From a virus: a stretch of DNA of 64,000 nucleotides. Shown piece after piece: positions 19,701 through 25,552 of the stretch (positions are counted from its first letter, which is position 1; each line of letters starts with the position of its first letter). The notes beneath the pieces are model-generated. The model was not told the DNA's origin, searched no databases, and saw only the letters and a list, made by a program, of their open reading frames with translations. A program made the position numbers and the translations under genes. The stretch is from positions 3,732-67,731 of the IMG/VR virus record IMGVR_UViG_3300014293_000001; one strand, 5' to 3'.

Positions 19701-22190
19701 GCGTATGCTAAGCAATTAGGTTATAGCGATAACGTATGGAATGCATATGTTGGTGTGCGTAATACACTTAACAAAATTCATAAAGACGTAAATGATAACC
19801 AAGTTGCACGTGGTAAAGAACCGTCTGCTGATTTATGGGGTTATATCCCTCGTGAACATAAACGATATGGTGTATATCGTGTTGAAGTTAAATATGACCC
19901 AGAAATAAAAGATTATCGAAAAAAATATACAGCATTAACATCTTTTGATACAGAACATCAAGCTAACCGATTTGTTGATAGCTTAACTCCTGAAAAGGGT
20001 ATAGCATATGCAACAATTCATCGTGATAGATACCAAGCAGATGCTTCTCAATCTTATGAAGGTTACTATTCCAATCTTACAGAAGAAGAAGAAAACTTAA
20101 ATAAAGTATATGAAAAAATGTCTACTGAAGATGCAGCAGCATTATTCAATAAAGTACAAGGTAATTATACAGAGACTAAGAAATTCATTGACCATTTCTT
20201 AAAAGGTAAAGATAAGTCTATGACTTATGATGATTTTCAAAACTTAATTAATAACAAAGAACGAATGAAAGAAATCGGTCTTGACCCTCGTAAATTACAA
20301 AAAGAAGTAGCACAAGCTAACTTTGAAAAATTATTGAAGAAAGATAAAGATGGTCTTTTAACACATGAAAATGTGAGTGCATATTTATACCGTAGTTCTG
20401 GGGCTCAAATGTGGAATAAACATAATCTTAAACGTGCTGGTGTTATGGGTCATAACGAAGACCACACAGCAGCTATTTACCATTATGCTATGACACAAGC
20501 TAAGTATCAAGGTAATGCTCCATTCTTAGACTTTGCTACACGCTATTACGAAGAAGCTTTTGGTGAAAACTATGAAAAGCAATATGGTCGTAATGGTACT
20601 GGTGCTAAAAATGCACGACAAGATATTGTCCATGATTATATCCAACGTGTAATTGGTGCACCAAATAAAGTAGATAAAGTCCTCAATCGTATTGGTCGTG
20701 AGTTACCATATATTGGTAATTTCATGGTTAAATACATGGGTGATAATTGGGTAACTAAATTACTCAACCGTAATATGCAAGCAATGGCTGTATTTAAACT
20801 AGGTGTATTCAGACCTACAGCCGCTATCGCACAGTTTGGTACATTAGCCAACGTAGCTGCTTTAACAGGGTTTACTCCTGAATTACGTTACGCAATGAAA
20901 GAAGCTGGTCGTGGTGGTAAAGATGGTAAATACGGCAAGTTATTTGATGACCTTGAAGTATATGAAGAAAATGCAAACCAAGCATCTGAATTCTTTAGCG
21001 ATACACTAGACTATCGTAAATTAAAGGTTCATGGTATTAATATTGGTAAAGCATTTGATTTATCTATGAAAGGTTTCATGAAAGCCGACTCTTATACACG
21101 CAAAGTAGCCGCTATTGTAGCATACGAAAAATACTGTAAAGACCACAATATGGACCCTATGCAACCAAATAAAAATGACCCAGATGGTTATCGTAAAGCT
21201 ATGGAATACGCAAAAGATTTTGTTGTAAAAACAAACTTTGACTATAGTGATATTGATAGCCCTAGATTGTTTACTCAATTTGGTACATTAGGTAAAACAT
21301 TATTACAATTTAAAAAGTTCGGTGTTAAAGAAGCTGAATTCTTATTCACTGCATTTAAACGTAATGATGGTTCTATTGACTATAAAGGTTTAGGCAGATT
21401 TATGAGCATCACAATGGGTATGGCTGGTTTCATGGGCTTACCATTTATGGGTGCTGGTGATGATATGCTTAAATGGTTGACAGGTAAGGGATTATCTGAC
21501 CGTGCTAAAGACCTTGCTTATGAATGGGCTGGTAACGACCAAACTAAACAAAAAATTGCCTTACTTGCTATGATGGGTGCACCATCTATGTTCGGTGTAG
21601 ACTTTAGCCGTAATGTAGGTTTTGGTGATTTAACTCCAAGTAATGGTAGTGATTTGTTAGGTCCTACATTATCTACATGGGGCTCTCTTGCTGACGTAGC
21701 TAGAAATAGCCATGATTGGAGAGATGTAGTTGCTGGTATTGGTCACTCATTATCACCACAACTTGGTAACGTATACCAAGCGTATACAGGCAATATGCGT
21801 GACTGGAAAAATGCTGAAGATAAAGGTGCTTATACACCTGCTGAACGCATGATGAAGTTAATGGGCTTCAGACCTGCACGTGAATCTGTAGAAAATGATT
21901 TAGCTTATAGATTGACTATGGCAAATCAAGAGTTAAAAGAAGGTAAAAAACAAGCAATCAATGATTTCTTGAGAGACCCTTCTGATGAAAACCGTAAACG
22001 CCTTAAAGATTTTGGTGTTACTGGTAAACAACTTAAAGATGCTAGAGACTTAAAACAAATGTCTGCTATTGACAAGGCTAATAAATACCTACCTAAGAAA
22101 TCTTCTGTAGAAGCTGATAAGGTTAAGGAACAAGCTAATGTTTATAATACATTTGTTGACGGTATGTATGATGGATTGGAGGAAGAATAA
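13788..22190 (+). CDS. giant (2800 aa) virion-associated protein: ejection / tape-measure-like / polyvalent, with a zincin HExxH motif
   Basis: AAAGGAG SD; Gly/Ala-rich N-terminus; HELLH at 18339-18353; hydrophobic Gly-rich segments near the C-terminus; lies between the lysozyme-domain gene and the endolysin. Confidence 0.55.
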   Translation: MARWTDGLANRNAQAAYENNLAQYGSDYMGKASYDGILDETLGNFSAGIDRLGSDMLGSVAYGLSNIDGDTAQWLRGKAENEANFYANLAGYRSTMGDTADLPWNEQVINPHYWAAQIGNFAGNTVPQIGMAVRTAGFASGAMNVGKIGGLLGRAGLSEGLAGSVANGLGKVAKYGTEIATGAGLENLQNAGSIYNDYRNAGYNTDVAGSAFEQSLNQGWAPAALDYIADRAGVSGKAGMLASAFAKDGGKLIAKSMLGNAVNSSLEGYTEAWQQAIEGRIKGQEGYDQVSMLDPSTWTDDMWSAAKDAFNVSMAVGGMGSAARHIGNKALNKADEMADLTADNDIINDGTQPPIAVNDTPMADTGIDIASDVTETPDIINETPLGNVEIDDISNASYSPMMEESGFATAVNKALNNRPPEDYAEMMNRLQDERANIMELHGDKPADQLSPRMFEENFVNAGLEPKSARLVSRNLYNDMVGANNTETIEDASEVPQEESLADKADRLGVTLTDAERANLERENPDKTSVREVERRVADTEKNNAYNDQIRAIAEHRKAYNEDRYANSPNKTFFENEYKDNPYKAQDAAYRVHNAMEARKKDAKSSDIKKQEQSKNVRNYLAKAGIKPSNGYSTEELKNIAEYAKHMDNQERTPQNVQSYIQNRDMAKQVENVISTLPPKDSPDYLPAKRHLAQQLSKHLVTMGVNGFDVTGPQFENVRKILSTQERRMLQDNIDEAKRAKEETRRANSQLAERKPQDTQKFVNNKQVAVSEGNFAAADKEMADYLNSDRVTNEGLLEIQRRLSHTSREHKPKFKQTLDALQYRAQKGDILGGKVGNYNVMVRKPNSEWKAREVKDYTRTIDHDNPTGENREPIVTPYEERKALNPAQPKEKKKKTQSKSRTVDVTTEEQKAKMRDIDQLAKLKSTLQQFGQMNEETAKQAIDSVPMETKYGKEQKQKYKEYVLRQANEDTGDIDLSDDIQQPEDVISKHKDTLESISKDIKYIKDNPHMSLREYQRIYNGIVAKRNHLVRQSPEFVDNWNNIFNKVPKYKVPNVTSLMQAIRKGEVKIPQTILSSFIDKPNHFDENLKAWFTKDYNLTDVENTRDFDKTRNAIILQAMQKASTRIKTIGMQQLMEELDDKNGNHLLGRFVNRAIQMYPVYRNKDKYRSLSGKVAAKRLFPEGASDFSSMNSPLAKRVYADVKKIVPAVMSDRIAKNGKIQEERMKDAKTKNQIQSALRLGDYVDGVLNAHIPDEQGGTYDTNIKMNIKLDDDFNVEAPIPEDVDIEAFKEALDYYLSDMGIIANDEMVEDGNTVKFEASYIPETVFNNSAYIAQAAWNTLGGVVRQHGHVILDNANLDEAGRKALQTEAKQAWKQAGFELISNDDTYTLVPIEEIQKSITGNKQVSNNKNTKFHEPGPIEMDILRKVADRSEGLGKLSNDEMKTILQSIMHQLDGDREAYVAVLQYLKNHPDLEIYVADRMFDMDSLDYTFDGFYMPSTKRLYMTKDAIIPDGDVFLHELLHSATHYTGVNEIVPNVNDALRTLRKELEYDEGLAGQIYRASEPSEILTFSGEHSKKDVENALQNAAGNIGSAAITMRDALSNTSEGKTIPDFRKARSGKDNIPVGENAQRERSRRLIQRANAILQEQKITPEHFAKIALMADMKADEPFEYADELMDTPVPAEVKILVAAMTIPEIPPKLVNNYDGYKFMNEMMSYGGSKLFSTHTVKEHLRNALSDMRQVGKQSELTKLNRVNNKPADVLNAMKQKIDYAIRANDRIDQAEQKLLADIMEHGGGIIERINPSEDGISFAWFRKMLQSPSSLARKLVPELKPIIQAAYVAARTARYKRREYIADLDKYFLSLDEKAGEDKQINKLFDDIDKRGREFAQPVAVRINGELKYAIIKPNDEFTEFGLGDDKRMRKFVKAEREKGNHVYVGMSKDVYQVISSKDNIAAYKDKANANKVAIDMSKAYAKQLGYSDNVWNAYVGVRNTLNKIHKDVNDNQVARGKEPSADLWGYIPREHKRYGVYRVEVKYDPEIKDYRKKYTALTSFDTEHQANRFVDSLTPEKGIAYATIHRDRYQADASQSYEGYYSNLTEEEENLNKVYEKMSTEDAAALFNKVQGNYTETKKFIDHFLKGKDKSMTYDDFQNLINNKERMKEIGLDPRKLQKEVAQANFEKLLKKDKDGLLTHENVSAYLYRSSGAQMWNKHNLKRAGVMGHNEDHTAAIYHYAMTQAKYQGNAPFLDFATRYYEEAFGENYEKQYGRNGTGAKNARQDIVHDYIQRVIGAPNKVDKVLNRIGRELPYIGNFMVKYMGDNWVTKLLNRNMQAMAVFKLGVFRPTAAIAQFGTLANVAALTGFTPELRYAMKEAGRGGKDGKYGKLFDDLEVYEENANQASEFFSDTLDYRKLKVHGINIGKAFDLSMKGFMKADSYTRKVAAIVAYEKYCKDHNMDPMQPNKNDPDGYRKAMEYAKDFVVKTNFDYSDIDSPRLFTQFGTLGKTLLQFKKFGVKEAEFLFTAFKRNDGSIDYKGLGRFMSITMGMAGFMGLPFMGAGDDMLKWLTGKGLSDRAKDLAYEWAGNDQTKQKIALLAMMGAPSMFGVDFSRNVGFGDLTPSNGSDLLGPTLSTWGSLADVARNSHDWRDVVAGIGHSLSPQLGNVYQAYTGNMRDWKNAEDKGAYTPAERMMKLMGFRPARESVENDLAYRLTMANQELKEGKKQAINDFLRDPSDENRKRLKDFGVTGKQLKDARDLKQMSAIDKANKYLPKKSSVEADKVKEQANVYNTFVDGMYDGLEEE

Positions 22191-22723
22191 TGGCATTTTA
22201 CACATTAAATGATATTGCGTATTTAGCCGCACACTGTAATGCGGATAAGGTTACTTTACATTGGAGTGGTGGGGGGTATGAAAATACCTCTCCATATTAC
22301 CACTTAAATATCCTAGGTGATGGTCGTGTATGGTCAGACTTTGATAGTTTTGATGTAGCTGGTAAACATACATGGCATCGTAATACAGGTAATATTGGTG
22401 TATCTATTCTGTGCTGTGCAGATGCTAGTGTAGATACAGATGGTAACGTGACATGGGGTACTGTTCCACCAACTGATGCACAAGTTAATAAAATGGCTAT
22501 GATTATCAAAACCATTGCTGATGCTAAAGGTTGGGAAATTGATAAAGAACATTTTAAAACTCACAACGACTGGGCAATTATCGATGGATATTCTATCTAT
22601 GACAATGACCCTGATATGCGTTGGGACTTAATTGCGTTACCACAAGAAGATGGAGACGGAGGTGCTATTATTCGTGGAAAAGCTATCTGGTATCATTACC
22701 ATCCTGAAGAATGTAAAGATTAA
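22190..22723 (+). CDS. N-acetylmuramoyl-L-alanine amidase-type endolysin (Amidase_2/PGRP-like)
   Basis: TAATG coupling; 'TLHWSGGG...YHLNILGDGRVW...HTWHRNTGNIGVSI' pattern. Confidence 0.6.
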   Translation: MAFYTLNDIAYLAAHCNADKVTLHWSGGGYENTSPYYHLNILGDGRVWSDFDSFDVAGKHTWHRNTGNIGVSILCCADASVDTDGNVTWGTVPPTDAQVNKMAMIIKTIADAKGWEIDKEHFKTHNDWAIIDGYSIYDNDPDMRWDLIALPQEDGDGGAIIRGKAIWYHYHPEECKD

Positions 22724-23273
22724 AATTTATATTATCCTTATAATTGCGTTATTTGCGTTCTGTGGGCTGTTTTATATATTCCATAGGCAAACACACGTGG
22801 AACAATCTACACCCACCTTACAGCCTAAAATAATGAACGAGAAGGCTACTGTAGGAACAAAGACTACTGTATCTTATATCCCAAAAGAACGAGAACTGGT
22901 TTACGTGAATAATGTGCCTACATATGTGAAAGAAGATACCGATGTAGAAGCTAATATTGATAAGCCTGCTGTTACAGTTAAAGTAAATGGCAAGAAACAA
23001 AAGTTTGATTTACAACAAAATGAAACTCAAAAGTTTGAAGATGGTAAGGTGGTATTAGACCAAAAATCTACAGTAGAGTTTGATATTAAAGTACCAGAAC
23101 GCCATGAATTAAATGTATACGGTCAAGAAGAATTCCGTGCAGGTAAATTTCACAGTCAAGTTGGTATTGATAAACAAAATGGCAAATTAGTATACGGTGC
23201 TAAATACGATATTACAGACAAAGAACCTGTATATTATGTACGCTATAATCTAGTAAAAATGTACACAAATTAA
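22674..23273 (+). CDS. N-terminally anchored membrane protein of the lysis region (holin/spanin-like role is speculative)
   Basis: GTG at 22674 sits 9 nt after GGAGGTG; TM 'IYIILIIALFAFCGLFYIF'. The ORF track starts at TTG 22632 without an SD. Confidence 0.45.
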   Translation: MEKLSGIITILKNVKIKIYIILIIALFAFCGLFYIFHRQTHVEQSTPTLQPKIMNEKATVGTKTTVSYIPKERELVYVNNVPTYVKEDTDVEANIDKPAVTVKVNGKKQKFDLQQNETQKFEDGKVVLDQKSTVEFDIKVPERHELNVYGQEEFRAGKFHSQVGIDKQNGKLVYGAKYDITDKEPVYYVRYNLVKMYTN

Positions 23274-23277
23274 AAGC

Positions 23278-23306
23278 TTGACAAATTGATTTTTATATGT
23301 TACTAT
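23278..23306 (+). promoter_or_regulatory. sigma-A-type promoter P0
   Basis: TTGACA (23278-83), 17 nt, TACTAT (23301-06). Confidence 0.55.
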
Positions 23307-23352
23307 TACTATAGACATAATTATTTCCTCCTCAGCGTGGTCAGGGGTGGGC

Positions 23353-23382
23353 TTGACGGCTCGCCCTCGGCTGTGCTACAAT
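23353..23382 (+). promoter_or_regulatory. GC-rich cassette promoter P1
   Basis: TTGACG (23353-58), 18 nt, TGC-TACAAT (extended -10, 23377-82). Confidence 0.55.
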
Positions 23383-23421
23383 CCTCACAAACCCAGCAAC
23401 GGTGCGGTGTCAGCAAAGGTG

Positions 23422-23450
23422 TTGACAGCTGACAGCTAGGGTGCTACAAT
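23422..23450 (+). promoter_or_regulatory. GC-rich cassette promoter P2
   Basis: TTGACA (23422-27), 17 nt, TGC-TACAAT (23445-50). Confidence 0.65.
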
Positions 23451-23499
23451 GTGAGTAGTGGTGGAGCCACGGAACTTGCTCTACCGAAAGGAGAAAACT

Positions 23500-23694
23500 A
23501 TGGCAAAAAGAAATTTTGGTGTTTCGATGTGTGGTCGTATTGAGTATACTCGAAGAAAGCCAAGAAAAGCGTATTGTAAAAATTGTATACATTGTTTATT
23601 GACTGAACATGGTACAGAAATGTACTGTAAAAAGTATAAAAGATTTAAGTCAATAAGACAATCAAAAAAGCCATCTTGTTTAGTAGCAAGATAG
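23500..23694 (+). CDS. 64-aa highly basic Cys-rich (zinc-ribbon-like) protein
   Basis: AAAGGAG SD 7 nt before ATG; 'MAKRNFGVSMCGRIEY..CKNCIHC..YCKKYKRFK'. The ORF track starts earlier, at 23458. Confidence 0.55.
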   Translation: MAKRNFGVSMCGRIEYTRRKPRKAYCKNCIHCLLTEHGTEMYCKKYKRFKSIRQSKKPSCLVAR

Positions 23695-24556
23695 CACTCT
23701 ATATGAGCAGAGGTGGACCTGTAATGTGTACGGGCGGACAACGGTCTTGAAAACCAATATAGAAGCCGACAGGGACTGACATATAGACTAAATATATCAG
23801 TTGATATCATATCGAGATAGTCGTTGACACTGCAAGCCGACTTTAAAAAATAACAGGGGGCGGACTCACCATTCCTCAATAGGGGCTGTTGGGCACGCCC
23901 TTTTGTCGTGCACTTTCCTAGATTTTGTCCCGTCGTAGATGGCAGTCGAAACAAACTCTTGTGAGTGGTAGATAAAGCTACACCTAGGCTACCTTGGTAT
24001 TAACCATGAAGTTTCGATAGTATACCAACAGTATACGTTGCTCCCATGTATATGGGGGCAATACCTCGGCACTACCTTGGGCAGTCATCAAGTATAGAAT
24101 ACAGTAGATATTCACTAAGATATATATAATACAATCAGCTACGAAGTAGCTACAAACGAAGTGCGTAGTAACAGATATAGAGTAGATGCTCAACATTACT
24201 ACCAATAAGTGATACAGTTACTTGGTATTCATAACTGGTGCGTTCGCAGAATATCTTCACTAGCGTTCAGATATTGATTAGTTGATAATACACATAAAGA
24301 AAAGAAATTACGAACAGAAATGTTCCCTCTTGGTATTATCTACAACTACAGCAACTAACGATGTGAGTAATTCACCTAGCGTAGCGGTTATACAGTATCA
24401 GTATTTTAGGTATTTAAAACACTACCACTTAAAGCGTAATAACATTACTACAACTTAGTATATAAAACAAAGAAGAATAGCATTACTCAGCGTAATATTG
24501 AATTACACTTCGTAATACGTTACACTTAATAGACCCCTTTATGGGGTCCTTTTTTA
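23695..24556 (+). ncRNA. candidate large structured non-coding RNA (3' portion of the P0/P1/P2 transcript)
   Basis: No + strand ORF of 60 aa or more. The only - strand ORFs lack an SD. Many hairpins, e.g. 24038-24061 and 24137-24151. The segment is bounded by the terminator at 24532-24556. Confidence 0.45.
24532..24556 (+). terminator. Rho-independent terminator
   Basis: GACCCC (24532-37), TTTAT, GGGGTC (24543-48), then CTTTTTTATTT. Confidence 0.8.
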
Positions 24557-24557
24557 T

Positions 24558-24586
24558 TTGACAAATTTAGTATAATACGATATACT
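24558..24586 (+). promoter_or_regulatory. sigma-A-type promoter for the replication-side operon
   Basis: TTGACA (24558-63), 17 nt, TATACT (24581-86), immediately after the terminator. Confidence 0.6.
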
Positions 24587-24605
24587 ATATTAAAGGAGGT
24601 ATAAT

Positions 24606-24782
24606 ATGTTAAGGGAAGAAACAATACGTATTATAGAAAGCTATCACCATGATTTAGGTAATCAAAGCTGGTTATCTACATATCTCAGTAACTGTAAAAC
24701 TGGTGATAGTTTAGAAACTATTTCAAGTAGAGAATTAAGTTTAATATTAGCTTATATGGAAGATGATTACGCAGATTTATAA
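24606..24782 (+). CDS. 58-aa hypothetical protein (below the ORF-track cutoff)
   Basis: AAAGGAGG SD; ATG 24606; stop 24780-82. Confidence 0.45.
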   Translation: MLREETIRIIESYHHDLGNQSWLSTYLSNCKTGDSLETISSRELSLILAYMEDDYADL

Positions 24783-24791
24783 GGAGATATT

Positions 24792-24968
24792 ATGAAAGCT
24801 TTATGGAATGTTATTAAATGGACGATATACAGTATGATTGTGTTTATTATTTTTGATTTTGTGTTTTGCAATCCATCTTTAAATGCAGAATATATAGTGA
24901 GATTATTAATTGCATTTAGTATGTATTTAATAGCTTGGGGAATATATTTTACGATTAAAGGAGAATAA
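24792..24968 (+). CDS. 58-aa two-helix membrane protein (below the ORF-track cutoff)
   Basis: AAGGAG SD; 'WTIYSMIVFIIFDFVF...LLIAFSMYLIAWGIYF'. Confidence 0.45.
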   Translation: MKALWNVIKWTIYSMIVFIIFDFVFCNPSLNAEYIVRLLIAFSMYLIAWGIYFTIKGE

Positions 24969-24970
24969 AT

Positions 24971-25552
24971 ATGAGCAAATATATCATACACAAAATACCT
25001 GTAGATATTAGCGATGATAAACGTGAAGAATATATTCAATATATGAAAAATATATCAAATAATGATAGAAATGCGTATTTTGTTTCACTATCAAAATATG
25101 GTAATTATTTAATTATTGATATTTCCGAAACATCGGAACCTGTTTTACAGATTAAAACTATGTTACTAGGAGAAAGAGAATTTATTAAATCTATTAGCCA
25201 TGAAATATTACAAATTTCATACGATAAAGACAGTAATGGTATGTTTATAAAAAAAATGATGATACACCCTATGTTAAATGGGTTTTCAATGTCAAGTCCA
25301 TATGCATACTATTATTTTAGAAATAATAATGAAGAATCTCAAATTAGGATAGTTGAAAAAAGTATAGTACCACTTGCACTATATACTGGACACATTGAAA
25401 AAATATTAATGCCAAGCTCTAGGGTATGTGAAAGTGAAGTGGCTGAACTTAAAAAATTAATTCAAGAATATGAGTATTCTATATACCGCTATATGATTTG
25501 CAATATTATTCAAAATCATTGTGATGTAGAAAAATATGAGGTAAATATATGA
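24971..25552 (+). CDS. hypothetical protein
   Basis: AAAGGAG SD; 193 aa; very AT-rich. Confidence 0.55.
   Translation: MSKYIIHKIPVDISDDKREEYIQYMKNISNNDRNAYFVSLSKYGNYLIIDISETSEPVLQIKTMLLGEREFIKSISHEILQISYDKDSNGMFIKKMMIHPMLNGFSMSSPYAYYYFRNNNEESQIRIVEKSIVPLALYTGHIEKILMPSSRVCESEVAELKKLIQEYEYSIYRYMICNIIQNHCDVEKYEVNI

Noticed and set aside
14645-21278. A dozen 60-108-aa antisense or alternate-frame ORFs inside the 2800-aa gene
   Set aside because: All are nested in one long, well-supported ORF. None has an SD and their composition is nonsense-like.
13788-22190. Giant ORF as a virion RNA polymerase (N4/crAss style)
   Set aside because: I could not find polymerase-like catalytic motifs by eye. The Gly-rich hydrophobic termini and the HExxH motif fit an ejection or tape-measure-like protein better. 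The question is unresolved without profile searches.
23481-24205. Minus-strand ORFs 23481-23954 (157 aa) and 23984-24205 (73 aa) in the ORF-free transcript region
   Set aside because: The first starts at TTG with no SD and runs antisense through the SD-supported small ORF and toward three + strand promoters. Both translate to Cys/Leu/Phe-rich low-plausibility sequence and are bracketed by a + strand promoter-terminator pair.
23695-24540. Possible tRNA genes, a group I/II intron or a retron in the non-coding stretch
   Set aside because: I found no cloverleaf with a GTTCRANNC T-loop. There is no interrupted host gene, no reverse transcriptase and no homing-endonuclease ORF. This cannot be fully excluded without covariance-model searches.
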